A stretch of DNA of 63,232 nucleotides, counting the filler, from Aduncisulcus paluster (taxonomy: Eukaryota), in NCBI GenBank assembly GCA_024181965.1. It is 4 parts of 4 records of this genome, joined end to end, with 100 filler letters (N's around TTAATTAATTAA, not from the genome) between each part and the next. Parts side by side here need not be neighbours in the genome. Positions count along the whole stretch, not along the records: positions 48,354 to 61,403 come from BQXS01012461.1; positions 61,504 to 63,232 come from BQXS01012479.1; 2 more parts are not named here. One strand, 5' to 3'. A program made the translations under genes and the position numbers. Below the pieces are notes generated by a model. That model was not told the origin of the DNA. It searched no databases and saw only the letters and a list, made by a program, of their open reading frames with translations. Below, piece by piece: positions 50,144-62,038 of this stretch (the first letter of the stretch is position 1; the number at the start of each line of letters is the position of its first letter).

Positions 50144-53100
50144 ATGGATTTTAGCAATGTCCAAAGTGCTGTCACTGCTGCTGCCGACCCAAGGAGCGAC
50201 AGGAAAACGAAGATAAAAGCTTTGGAAATAATCCTAACTATAAAAAAAAGTATATCTCCCAAAGATCTTTCTGATCTATCATTCAAATTATTTTTACAGC
50301 CTCAAACTCAGCATAAGCATTTTGGACTCTCTTTACTTCAGCATTTATTCGAAAAACGGTGGGATTCTTGCAATCAAGCAGAAAAAGATCATGCAATGGG
50401 TGTTTTAAATGATATATTGACAAAGGGTCTTGAAGCCTTCGATGAAGATGATCCTGCCATCAAAAATAAGGTGTCATCTTTAACAGCTATGCTTGCTAAG
50501 GTGGAAAACTGTGAATACTTACCTGCTGTTTGTGATTCCCTTTTAAGAATATCTGACAAAGGGCATTTGCAACTTGGAATTGCCCTTCAAGGCTTAGCTT
50601 ATACGTGTGAAGATCTTATGAGCAATGCTACGATGAACGATTCTACAAAAGTCAAAGTGGTCAAATCACTCTCGTCCGTGACGCCTAAAATAGTTTCTCT
50701 CCTTGAAAATGTCTATAAGACCTTCTTAAGACAGGTAGAGCAGGCGTATATCAAATCTATTGTGCCTCCTTCCTATTTGACTACAACTCTCCTAATTTCC
50801 AATAGAACATGCGCCGTTCTCTGCGAATACATGCCCATCTCCCTTTTTATGTCTCTAGTTAACTGTTGGTGCATGTGTTGTCTTCTCCCTCCTCTCCGCA
50901 TCAGTGCATATGTCTGTCTGTATACGTTCTGCACAAAAGCCAACTCAAAAGATAACAAGCAGAGGGACGTCATCGTTGATGTTGTTAAATTCTTTATCAG
51001 TCATAAGGAAAACATTGCTAGGGGTCTCGGTGAAGAAGTCCCATCTTTATTGTATGAATCGCATAAACCATTCATTGTGCTTTGGTCACAATTATTCAAT
51101 CGTCATTTCCAAGTCATATTCGGCACAGACATTGGATTATTCCAAGAATCTTGTAAGTTAATGCTTGAATTCTGTGCTCACCCATCTCCCTTGCTCTTTG
51201 CCAATTCCATGCCATTTTGGATTACAATTTATAGAGATCGTAAGATATGCGGACATGAAGGTTTTGACGGCATTCTTAAGGTTCTTGTGAAACAGATTGT
51301 GTCCAAAAATACCAAGACACGTATGCTTGACGCCCCTCCAACGTCTCACCCTTCTTCTTCTGACGTCATGGATCTCGACGGGTTCAATTTCCATGAGAGG
51401 ATCAAAGAGTCCGATTTTGGACATCCTTCATACATGTATCTAATTCAGGATTTTGAGAATAATGAGTCTTGGTCAAAGTTTTTCCAAAAGATGCGAGGCA
51501 GGATCTGTGAGTGTATTCGTATATGTTGTTTAACCTACCCCATTGCTGTTCTCCATGCCTCTATTGAAATTCTTGTCGAAATGCTTCAGATCTCTGACGA
51601 TCATATGGGAGAAGACGAGATTGGGAAAGAATGGGAGCGTCTTCCTTTGTCTCATGGAAAAGTACCATATGCCGTCACAATGACCCATCTCTCTCCTCTT
51701 TACCGTAAGCTTGACTCTGTGTGTGTCTGTGTTGAGGCTGCAGTAACCAGTATTGCGAAGAACAATAAGGCCATGAATGAGGTGAGAAGAAGAAGTGGAA
51801 AGATGGAAGAATCAATATATGACAAGGATAAAGACATTCGCAATGCTCTCGATGTTTTGTGTGACTTTTTAATGAAGTATAACGGTAACCATGCCGTTCT
51901 GCGTGAACGTGTTGTGTCCGTGTTCGTTTCTCTCTCTGATTACCTTGCACATGCCCCAGAGACTCTTTTGAAGGTGGTATCGTGTATATTTGACAGAATA
52001 ATCTGGATACCTCCATATGAAAGAGAAGAATCCTCAAAGTCTTTAATGAATCTCTCTGATTGTACTTTGGCATGCAGAAAGAAAGCTTGCTCAACTTTGC
52101 AGACATTGTGTGATCTTCGGGAGATTAGAATTATTCTCACGCCTCATCTTGATTCCCTGTACAAGAAAGTCCGTGATCTCGCTGATAACCAGCAACTAAC
52201 TGAAGTTGAACTCGTATCTGTGTATGACGCCCAGACTTCCCTTGTAATGGAACTCAAGCCTGACGTTCGTGATAGACTTGTGCAGACCCTTTTACAGCCC
52301 CATGCGTCTGTGTTCACGGATAAAGGTATAGTGTCCATTCTCTCTAATCCCGAGTCCTTTGTGCAGAAACTCATGATTGGTAAAACATCTCCTTCTTCCT
52401 CCTTAATGGAAGGATCTGGAGACTCTTCCTCTCCCGAAAGAATAGCTTGGAAGGCCAGACGGTCGATTTTGTATGCAATGGAAGGAATGTCAGTCATTGT
52501 TCGACGTGTACAATCCTCTATGCTGTCCAATAATGGGCTAGCTGAAGAGAGAACGACTCTTGTCCCATTATGGGAAGGTATTCTTCCTCTCTGCGTAAGA
52601 ACATGTTGCACTATTTCTGCCCTAAGATATATGGGAGTTAGTGCTGCTGTCCGTGCTTGTGGCGATGACCATAATAAGACCTTAGAAGTTAAAGAAGGAG
52701 TGTGTCCATGCGAGGATAATCTCTTACGATCCATTGTTTCAACTCCGTATAGTTTAATTGGTCAATTATCACGTACAATACCTCCCGCAGAACCCGACAG
52801 TGTTATTTATGATAGAAAGTGGCTTCAATCCATTGAAATGGCATGCAGAAGCATCATTCAGGCTACTATCTGTGATGGATCATTCATGTGCATGTTTCCA
52901 TGTGATTCTAATTCGGAAAGAGAAGAAACTACCCGTGATCACATTAAGGCAGGGAATTTACCAAGACCTAAGCAGGATAGTGGAGTATGGCTTCTTGAAG
53001 AATGCAACTTTAGTTCCGATTTACCTCTTCATTATTACAAACCAATGCTTAAATACAACCTTGAAGGGCTCTGTATTTCTCTAGATACTTTGACAAAGCA

Positions 53101-54031
53101 TCAAAAGGCAGCCTCGAGTGAGAGTAGCACTTTTTCTGGTACATCGAGTGGATCTCCTGTTCCTTTTCAAGGCAATCTATGGGAACGAGTTGTGTCAGAT
53201 GTTGTAAAACAAGTGTCTTTTGTTATACGTGATGAAAAGACAAGGATTGAAGAAGGTCTTGTCATATCTTCTTCCCACGTTCTTCCTTATCCAACTTTAT
53301 CCCACGAAATGTATGTTGAAGCCATGACATCTGATATTGCTTTGGAACTCATTCAGACATGTGGACTTGTTTGTGGAGTATATGGAAAGAAAGGAAGCAA
53401 GAAACATAATTGTGGTGTTTCATATGCAAGTCTTTCAAGACCCAAATGTGTTAGCATCGCCTTGGAGAGTGTTTTTTCCGTTTTATCTCGAGTATCAGCA
53501 AGTTGTATGCGAAAATCATTGAATATATTTACTTTAATAATCAAAGAATGCACTGGAGATGCCGAATTGTTTCGATTCCACGTTCAGTTTTATGTATCAA
53601 AGATTATTCCATTTATTCTTAACGAGGTTGGTGGTGCAAAAGCTAATTGCCTTCCTTCTGATTTGGCTTCTGATTTCTTATCTCTGTGTTCAAGTTGCAT
53701 TAGTGTGTTTTTCACTCATGGAGGCGAAAGAATAATTGGAAGGATCCTTGCAAAGTCTTTGGAATCTGAACATGTCAAGGGATCAATGTCAGACCATGAA
53801 TATGAAAGTTTTGTTAATAATGTTAAGAAAGCCAAGAGTGAAAAAGTGAAAAGAAATCTCGTGAAAAGTTTGTTGTTAGAAAAAGGATTATTCCAGTCTC
53901 AAAAGGATACCGTTAAAGCATTTTCTGGCGTTAATAAGTTTGCTCAGTTAGCTCTCAAAAGAGGAGGAGGAGAGGAAGATGATATTGGAGATGATAGTGT
54001 TAGTCTCGCTGATGCTGTATGGTTCATGTAG
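50144..54031 (+). CDS. XPO5: Exportin-5/Msn5-like karyopherin
   Basis: Importin-beta-type N-terminus (AV...DP......ALE; KHFGLSLLQH....W; IKNKVS), HPS motif, DF....W..F....R segment, ~1295 aa HEAT-like protein. Confidence 0.7.
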   Translation: MDFSNVQSAVTAAADPRSDRKTKIKALEIILTIKKSISPKDLSDLSFKLFLQPQTQHKHFGLSLLQHLFEKRWDSCNQAEKDHAMGVLNDILTKGLEAFDEDDPAIKNKVSSLTAMLAKVENCEYLPAVCDSLLRISDKGHLQLGIALQGLAYTCEDLMSNATMNDSTKVKVVKSLSSVTPKIVSLLENVYKTFLRQVEQAYIKSIVPPSYLTTTLLISNRTCAVLCEYMPISLFMSLVNCWCMCCLLPPLRISAYVCLYTFCTKANSKDNKQRDVIVDVVKFFISHKENIARGLGEEVPSLLYESHKPFIVLWSQLFNRHFQVIFGTDIGLFQESCKLMLEFCAHPSPLLFANSMPFWITIYRDRKICGHEGFDGILKVLVKQIVSKNTKTRMLDAPPTSHPSSSDVMDLDGFNFHERIKESDFGHPSYMYLIQDFENNESWSKFFQKMRGRICECIRICCLTYPIAVLHASIEILVEMLQISDDHMGEDEIGKEWERLPLSHGKVPYAVTMTHLSPLYRKLDSVCVCVEAAVTSIAKNNKAMNEVRRRSGKMEESIYDKDKDIRNALDVLCDFLMKYNGNHAVLRERVVSVFVSLSDYLAHAPETLLKVVSCIFDRIIWIPPYEREESSKSLMNLSDCTLACRKKACSTLQTLCDLREIRIILTPHLDSLYKKVRDLADNQQLTEVELVSVYDAQTSLVMELKPDVRDRLVQTLLQPHASVFTDKGIVSILSNPESFVQKLMIGKTSPSSSLMEGSGDSSSPERIAWKARRSILYAMEGMSVIVRRVQSSMLSNNGLAEERTTLVPLWEGILPLCVRTCCTISALRYMGVSAAVRACGDDHNKTLEVKEGVCPCEDNLLRSIVSTPYSLIGQLSRTIPPAEPDSVIYDRKWLQSIEMACRSIIQATICDGSFMCMFPCDSNSEREETTRDHIKAGNLPRPKQDSGVWLLEECNFSSDLPLHYYKPMLKYNLEGLCISLDTLTKHQKAASSESSTFSGTSSGSPVPFQGNLWERVVSDVVKQVSFVIRDEKTRIEEGLVISSSHVLPYPTLSHEMYVEAMTSDIALELIQTCGLVCGVYGKKGSKKHNCGVSYASLSRPKCVSIALESVFSVLSRVSASCMRKSLNIFTLIIKECTGDAELFRFHVQFYVSKIIPFILNEVGGAKANCLPSDLASDFLSLCSSCISVFFTHGGERIIGRILAKSLESEHVKGSMSDHEYESFVNNVKKAKSEKVKRNLVKSLLLEKGLFQSQKDTVKAFSGVNKFAQLALKRGGGEEDDIGDDSVSLADAVWFM

Positions 54032-54539
54032 ATAAATAGATAAATAGATATATATATATAAATAGATATATAGACAATTCGTTTCAAAGAGGTCATAGCA
54101 ATGGTATTATTTCCAATATAATATCTTATATATTAAATATATATATATATTTAATATTTATTTCATCTTTTTTATATATATTATATATCATCTCTCCTGG
54201 TGGATTTAACAGCCATTTTAAAATATATTTCCATTCCTGGATCAATTAAAGATAATAAAACTATATATCATCTTTCTGGCAGACCTTCCAGTTTCAAACT
54301 GATGAAGTTAATGGTGAGATTCTTTCCTGGTCCAATAATGATATTTTTGAAATAAATTTATCTGTAAATTAATTATTTTCTATTTTATTTAATAAAATAT
54401 GCAATAGTATTAATATTGATCTTTTATTCAGTGGTTCAGATTTTTCAAGATATTTTTGTCAGAAATACGATTATTATTATCATAGTTATTAGCACAATAT
54501 GGAGCATTACTAATCATTTTTAATCGAAATCTTTTGATT

Positions 54540-56390
54540 TTGTAATTGAATTATGGTGATTTGTCCTATAATCCAATGAATTTTCTATCCGGATCGATGG
54601 AATTGCAAGTGTAAAAGGAGAGATAAAGTGAATTCCATACTAAGTAATATCTTGTAAGAGCAGAATCCTTTTTATTATCTCTTTATCATTATTCTGCTAT
54701 CCAACCCTTCACTGAAGTTGGACAACTTCAATTCAACTTGAAGTTGAACAATATCAATTTTATTGTACAAATTATTTTATACGCAAACGCTTTACAATAA
54801 ATCTCATCAAGTTCCTATATCGTTTACTGTGTTTCCATGAGAAATCGCATGAATATGGATCATTAACTGCAAACACTCACCAGAGGTCCTGGATCCTCTC
54901 AACGTTTTGAAAGAGCATGGAAAGGTATCGAAGCTTTATTATCTCCTAACGTAGTTTGGAAAATAGGTGAACGCATAGGTGCAGTGACACAAGAATATTA
55001 TGATATCTCCTAATTCTCTTCTTATTCTTCCACATTCAGTGAGTCATCAACAAGGGTTTGATCCAACTAAATTGTAAAGTTGTAAAATTTCAATATATAT
55101 ATAATATTTATGTCAAAATAGATCAAACTGATTGGTTTGTTTGTTCTTAAGGTGTTGTCATTCTCGATATTAAAGAAGACAGATTCCAAAGAAGATGCAA
55201 AGGATAAACTACGTTGGCCAGGCTGGAGAATTAACGAATTAAGTCCAATAAACTTAAACAATGACATAACAACTTCTAACGCATCATAGTCTCACCAATA
55301 CAAGAAATGAAGCAATTAAGCAATGAATCTGTGTCGATCTTTGAATACATTAGAAAAATCTTAAACCCAACTCTCAAAGCTCATACAAGCTTGTGAAAGA
55401 TGATATTATTTCAGATCTTAGCTAACTTAGCTATCGAATGTAAATCGAAAGAAAATGGAAAGAAAATCGAAAGCTCTCAAAAAGAAAGCCATGTTGGCAA
55501 TATCTCCGAAAAAAAAGTATTATTTTATCCCATTGTATCTCCAAGGATATGTCATGATGCCATCCAAATGGCGACTTTTCGATCCTTTGATGTCAACAAC
55601 GGACAATTGCAATACTATCCAAAATTTTATATCACACTATTCCAAATATTGTGCTTTCAAACGACGAACGCATGAACCTCGTAAAGCTCGTGTGCGACAG
55701 AATTTCAAACTAGAAACGGCGGATGCATTCATTTGAGAAGGGAGATACTAAAAAGACAGAGAAATAAAAAGGAAAGGAAAGGCATTGAAGAATATTAAAG
55801 GGTATTTTAGGCGGTAACAGACTGACTGCAGCAAGAAAAAGATCATCCGTTACGTTAGTTCTACTATCAACAAAGATCATCCGTTACGTTAGTTCTACTA
55901 TCAACAGTGAAAGTATACACACCTTGGACCAATGGAAGGGTGAGAGATGTTTCATAGTGACCTGGTTTCTTTGCATTTTCTTCAATAAACCCAGACCACA
56001 CGACATCAGCGTTTAATGTCAAGGTACATGGGATGGAGAAAGGAGAAGACCAAGGCTGAGTGTTGTAAAAAGGATTATAATCGCTATAATCGCTAGTCAC
56101 GTTGGTCCCAATTTAGAGACATTCCCATTTTGAAACTCCTAAACTTGTATATTTGCGAGACATTCGTAACTTCCCAAATATTATGCTTTGATGGATGTTT
56201 CACCCTATTTTCCATCAATCAAAGTCGAACATTTCCGGATATTTCTTCCTCAAACTCATATATCTCGAATAAGTTCTAAAAATAGTGAAGCTTGTGGCAG
56301 TTGCTTACCGACAGCATGCTCATCTGATGCCACATGGCTGGACCTGCAAGCAGTTGAGGAGACAGTTACACCAGATAACATGCAGTAAAT
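54540..56390. pseudogene. Decayed coding-like sequence with short interrupted reading frames and a 34-bp tandem duplication
   Basis: Protein-like fragments broken by stops: + strand TRGPGSSQRFERAWKGIEALL and KDKLRWPGWRINEL; - strand 55867-56100. 34-bp duplication at ~55838-55906. Confidence 0.3.
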
Positions 56391-56396
56391 TTAAAT

Positions 56397-57434
56397 TTAT
56401 TTGTAGAAAGTTGTCAAGAATCCAGTATGGGTTCGCTGAAGAGGGCAGATTCTGGTCTGAGTAAAAACATCAAGTTCAGGAGGCAAAGATGGTTTCAAAT
56501 CAAGTTCTTCGCAACACCATCTTCTTTTCCCATCAGTGGAAGAAGGAACAAAGAAGCAACATGGGGCCTTCATCTTGGATCTCTTGGTATCCATTTCACG
56601 GTTAAGGATCTGAACAGTTTTGCCAACAATGAGCCCAATCTCCCTCGCTTTCTCGTTATTTTGAAGACATTGTTCGAGACAAGGCGAAAACGTCACGATT
56701 ACACCACCTTTCTTTACCGCTTGAGCAGCATGATCAAAAGCAAGCCATGGAGATGGAAGATCAAGAAATATACCATCGTAAAAACCTTCTCCTTTATCAA
56801 TGGATTCCTTGAGCGACGAAAGTAATTGATTGGACTTAAGATCAATGTCAATAAGTTCATTTGGCAATAATCCATTCGAATAGACATCCCTTTGTGTAAC
56901 GGTGGCAGAATGTGCGAGTCCATGTTTATATAATTCAGCTCTTGCGGCATCAGCTCGCAAAGAATGGTATTCAAAAGTAAATACATGCCCATATTTCAAT
57001 TTATCTTCAAAAGATGGTTCCAAACATTGTCTTTTGAGACCAATAGAATCAGCAATAGCATGGGTTAGAGAAGCACTTCCAGTCCCAGATTCAGCAAATA
57101 ATTTTCCAGGACGAGCATCCAAAAGTCCTAATATCGCACCAATATCTGACGGAAATATGATTTGAGTCCTAGTTTCAAGACAACTACTCCATAATTCAGA
57201 GAAATACGGGAGTAATATCATAAATCCCTTCTTATTTTGTGATAACACCTTAGATCCATATGGTTTTCCAATTATATCATTATGACGGAAAGCTCCATAT
57301 TGGGCAGTAAAACAATCACCTTCTTTTAAAGTGATTTCGAACATCATCCTCGGATTAACATAAAGGATGACAGACATCCCTTCTTTTGCATAAACTTCAT
57401 CAGAAATACCCACATCAAATAAAATTTCTGACAT
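56397..57434 (-). CDS. TRM61: tRNA (adenine58-N1)-methyltransferase catalytic subunit Trm61/Gcd14
   Basis: YGAFRHNDIIGKPYGS, ELWS..L..RTQIIF, ESGTGSASLTHA, TFEYH..RA, FLDLPSPW, FSPCLEQ, HTGFLT. Confidence 0.95.
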   Translation of the reverse strand: MSEILFDVGISDEVYAKEGMSVILYVNPRMMFEITLKEGDCFTAQYGAFRHNDIIGKPYGSKVLSQNKKGFMILLPYFSELWSSCLETRTQIIFPSDIGAILGLLDARPGKLFAESGTGSASLTHAIADSIGLKRQCLEPSFEDKLKYGHVFTFEYHSLRADAARAELYKHGLAHSATVTQRDVYSNGLLPNELIDIDLKSNQLLSSLKESIDKGEGFYDGIFLDLPSPWLAFDHAAQAVKKGGVIVTFSPCLEQCLQNNEKAREIGLIVGKTVQILNREMDTKRSKMKAPCCFFVPSSTDGKRRWCCEELDLKPSLPPELDVFTQTRICPLQRTHTGFLTTFYK

Positions 57435-57793
57435 TTGTTCGCAAAAAGTAAGAGAAACGATGAGAGAAAAATATAAACACTTCCATTCAATGAGCCGAAT
57501 GGAGAATCCTCCAGCCATAGATTACTATTAGATAAAATTGATGATTTATTGGAGAAAAAGCTGATCTTATTGACAAATTTAGATTTAGGATGATTTGATG
57601 GCCTGACAGTTGAGTTTGTCTTCTTTACGAATAGGCAGATAATAAAGGAACTCCCTTAAGGACATTTTTATTAAATAAATAATTATTGATTCCATGAAGA
57701 TGGTATTTTATTGATTGTTAATTTTTCTCAGATGTTTCTATTTTTGGGTTGCTTCAAGAAATGATATCAATTCTTCTTTCGGCTACGACTACT

Positions 57794-58356
57794 ATGAAGA
57801 TCCAACGTTTTACTGTTCCTCGTCCCACCCATAAGGCCTCCTCTACTGGTGAATGTAAAGCTCATGTTCGTCCTGGGCAGGTGGTGATCATTCTTTCTGG
57901 TGGTTTCGCCGGTAAGCGTGTTGTTGCTCTTAAAAACCTTCCCCGTGGGTTTTTGTTGGTTAGTGGTAAGTATCTTTTATTATTTTTTGTTATTATACGT
58001 TACGATTTGTTTACTAAATAGCATTTTGTTTAATTTTTAAAATTTTAGGTCCATACAAGATCAATGGTGTTCCTCTGCGTCGTGTGCCCGCTTCTCGTGT
58101 CATCCCAACCTCCACCTTAGTTGATATCAGCAAAATTGACCTTAGTCAGGTGTCCGATGCTCTCTTCAAGAAGGAGAAGAAGGGAAGGAAGGTTATCGGA
58201 AAGAGATCTGCTTCTTTCGAAAACTTCTGTAAAGTCCAGTCTACTGTCGATACTCAGATCCTCAGCGCTCTTAAGGACCAACCTCTTCTTAAAAAATACC
58301 TTGACACTAAGTTCTCCCTTGTTGATGGTGATAAACCCCACGAGATGAAGTTCTAA
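57794..58356 (+). CDS. RPL6: 60S ribosomal protein L6 (eL6), one intron, short N-terminus
   Basis: PGQVVIILSGGFAGKRVV...LLVSG, intron 57966-58048 (GTAAGT...TAG), then PYKINGVPLRRV...KFSL..GDKPHEMKF. Confidence 0.95.
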
Positions 58357-59398
58357 ATAAATGAATATATTTAATTTATTTTATTTTCAAAAATAACCTA
58401 AATTCGCCAAGTTAAGCACGTTATATCAAGCAAATTTACTTAGATATTACTTCTACAACTTGTACGGCGCAATTTTGAATATATTTATTATAAACTATAA
58501 AAATTAGTGACAAAATTTCCCGATGACCACTCAAATGTCGACAGATCTCATGCCATCTGGCCTATAACGGCGAGAAACGATCGATCCGGATTTCCATCTC
58601 TAGGTCAAATAAAGATAATACAACAATAAAAATAACTGCATATTCAATATATTCTTTTTAAATCAATAAAATCTTCGATCCCAGCAAAATTAATGCTTTA
58701 TCCAATGATTCAGTGCATCACTGATGAACTTCAAGTTGCCAAGTTGGCAAGTTAATTTTGTTGCTATATACAATTCTATTGAAAGTGATTCCCACCAAAT
58801 GCATTGTTACTGATTGCTATTAACTGAAATATTCAATTTTAAAATTCGAAATATGATTTTTTTTTCTCTTTCTTGGTGAGTTTATTTTACAATGAGAATA
58901 GGAGTATAAAACACGATAAAAGATCGAATTTCGTGTCAAAAAACATCTTGTGGAGCAAATATCCTGATTTTTTTTGATTTGATTCCCCTCTTTATATGGT
59001 GTTTTCATTGTACAACCTCTTAAGAATATTTTCCCCGATATTCCTGGAATATTACGATAAAAACGGAGCTTAAAGCCATTGAAGCTCGGTATCCATGCCA
59101 TTTTTCTCCATCTAATGACTTGTTGTTTATCAATGGTATCTGTTTGATTCTCGAACCTTTTGATACCATATTGTTCTTTTTATTGTCATAAAACTGAACT
59201 TAAATGTTTGATATTTACTGTACTACTCCCTAAAATACCGCTACAAATTTAAAACACTCAACTTTCTGCTCCTGGTTTCCACCATTATCTCTGACAAAAC
59301 AAAATATAAAGATAAAAAAAAATCCTTGTTGAAAGAAGAGTCTTAAGCTATTTAAACAAATAAAGGTTCAATTAAAAGAAACTCCAAATGTATGGTGA

Positions 59399-61403
59399 GC
59401 CTCTCTTTTTGGCAACTTAGCGAAGAGATCCTATGATAGCCCATCCCACGAAAATAGGAATTGGTACATATATCACCTTTATCTTCAAGGATCCCACGAT
59501 TCGAGATGTTTAATCACTCGTGTCTTGGTTTATCAACAAAGGTCGGTTGAAGGAACTTTGGGAACGGTCTTGGACTATTCTGACACTGATCATCAAACTT
59601 TTATTGATTCTAGTCCACCGATTAAAACATTTTCTATTTATAACCACCCATGCTTGCATGAGCATCTTTTGGCCCTTCCTGTGGCGAAGTCTCCTTCTGA
59701 TGTCGTCGATGGAACATATGGAGATTACTCTTCTCTGATTCTATTCGAGTCTTTGAGTGGGTTTCCATCCGGAATATTCTGCTGATGATGTGACGATGTT
59801 TGACCTTTCTCGGCACTTTGAAGATGATGTTCTCCCGCTTCTGGACGATGATACAATTGACACAAATACTTCAATTACCAACAAATGGAGCATCTGTTAT
59901 GGATTAACACCACAATTGTGCTCGACAATGCTTATTCTTGATCTGAGTATTCTTGCCGATGGCTCGATCTTTTTTGTGACCTCACGGGGGCTTGTCGTGG
60001 GCAAAAGTCTTATTAACTTCGCCAAGACTATCCAATCTATGGTTTTCTATCCGTTGACAGCCACAGGGCACTATACACTTAACAAAAGAGAATTAATATA
60101 TGGGTGGAACGAAATAGATCTCGATACAGGGCTCAATTTTTTTCCGCGAGTTTATGTGCATTCTAATTTCAAATGTAGCGTCGATGGATGTGCCGATACG
60201 ATACTGTATGAAGATAGTGAGGAAATTGATGGGTTTTGGAGTGGAGATACATCAGAGGTTTCAAGTTTGGCCAACCTTTCATTGTCACAAGCTGCAACTC
60301 TGTTTGGAAGTCGATATGTGACGATATCTCTTCAGCGTTCGAATGGAGGTAGCGTCGATTTCTCAATAGGAGATCTCAGACCGGTGTGGGTGACCCCCGA
60401 AGAAGATGTTCAACCTGCTTCGTGGGTTGTTCAGATTGATCCAGCATCCCTGGTCGACCCTTTGTTACTAGATGTCTATTTCTTGCAGGACAATGCCGTG
60501 GCCGATAGTGGTATTTATGATTATGATTATGCGATCTATCTTTCGCCTTTCTCCTCGTTCTCCATCCCTGTTATATCTGCTACTATTCCTGATGATGGAA
60601 TAATGGCGGTTACATCGAGTACAACGAATAATTTATATATCATCACGGGGGTCAAGGATGATTCCTCCGTTGCTAATGCATTGTTGCAGTGTAACTTGAC
60701 ATACATAAGCTCATTTCCAGTTTCTTCTTTCCTCACATCTTCCTCATATGGTTTCAGCGACTCTAATGCATGGGAAGTTGTTAGTACAGGGGAGATTTAT
60801 GATGCCCGATCTATTCACCTCAATAGAGATGGCGTTGGTGTGACAATCGTTGGGAGCAAAGTGTATTCTGGGTATTTGACTGGTGAACACATGGATATGA
60901 CATCTTTAAGCAGCACTTCCGATGATCCCGTCATCAAAATACAGCAAGAACCACTCTCAAATGTCCCTGTCGTAGAGAGTGTTCGGTATAGAGAAGGTGG
61001 GGGAGGAAGTTATGGTGGGTTGGAACTCACTTCTTCTCTTCAAATTAGTATCAAACAGGAAGGAGATATGTTCTTGGGTTCATATTCAGACGACGGAAAG
61101 GCTATTCTTATCGGATATGTTCATCCCGAGGTGTACTCTTCGCTCTTTCCCGATGATGAGATTGTCGAACCCTCAAATGGTAGTATGACACTTGTTCCAT
61201 ACATTTCCATCGAATCTGAGCATGGCATTGTCAAGATGTTACGTGTACCTTCTGATTCTATAAGTTGGAATTATTTATACTCGGATGCTGAATCTACTGG
61301 CAAACCTGGGTCATTTTTTGTTCCAACGATGTCATTGTACTCTTCAATTCATGCTGTGACAGCTCCTGACACATTCACTCATTCTGACACTGCGTCTCTT
61401 TTG
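59399..61403 (+). CDS. CatSper auxiliary subunit beta-like ectodomain; frameshift near 59762, start unresolved, 3'-truncated
   Basis: Frame open 59399-59785 joins ORF 59757-61403 by a 1-nt shift. Ordered motifs PIKTFSIYNHPCLHEHLL / LFESLSGF / TMFDLS / LILDLSILADGSIFFVTSRGLVV parallel CATSPERB motifs as I recall them. Confidence 0.45.
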
Positions 61404-61503
61404 NNNNNNNNNNNNNNNNNNNNNNNNNNNNNNNNNNNNNNNNNNNNTTAATTAATTAANNNNNNNNNNNNNNNNNNNNNNNNNNNNNNNNNNNNNNNNN
61501 NNN
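61404..61503. other. Artificial scaffold linker N44-TTAATTAATTAA-N44
   Basis: Same 100-bp six-frame stop spacer. Confidence 0.97.
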
Positions 61504-62038
61504 TTCTGCGTAGTCCAGAGGTGATAGTCCCATGAAGATGGTCAAATCCTCGAGGCATTCTCAATATTTTTGAAAATCGATGGCCCAAAGCAAAAAAACT
61601 GTTACGTTTTCTCAAATATTTGGATGACACTCGGGAGATAACATCGGGTAAGGGAAGAGGAAATAAGATAGATTTAATACTTTCCGCGATCGAGACGTCT
61701 AATTTATTTACGACAGCCTCTGCGCAAATACATCTCTCTCCCTTGAATAATTTACATTTGCAAAAAGAGCATGAAGATCCCAATTTAAGAGTTATCCTTT
61801 TGGTCCGACCAAGAGTCTTGGCGTGGATATTCGGAGGTGGTGTTATAAGTGCTGGAATTGGTTGTTTGTCTATAAGACGACGCATCATTTGGCCTATTTG
61901 TTGGGATCGGAGGCCTGGATTGTCTAAAATAACTCTGACGGCATCGTATACCTCCCTTTTTTCTTGTAAGCTTCCGTTTTGCCATTTAGAAGCCTGAAGC
62001 ATTATACTATCTTCCTGTAAGGCAGTTAATACTATCAT
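61504..62038 (-). mobile_element. Possible Helitron RepHel N-terminus (zinc-binding region), 3'-truncated
   Basis: CSFCKCKLFKGERCIC followed by YLRKRNSFFALG and HLHGTI resembles Helitron C..C.A..F..E...CC, IR.YNS.FAF and I.G.I.H motifs. Confidence 0.4.

Noticed and set aside
54540..59400. Alternative genetic code (TAA/TAG = Gln) to explain interrupted frames
   Set aside because: Conserved genes end in TAA or TAG at the expected positions (RPL4, RPL6, ARF1, CFAP298), and several interruptions are TGA or frameshifts.
31592..61503. Recurring palindrome TTAATTAATTAA as a biological motif, and synteny across it
   Set aside because: It is always embedded in exactly 44+44 Ns, so it is an artificial linker. 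Genes on either side are not truly adjacent.
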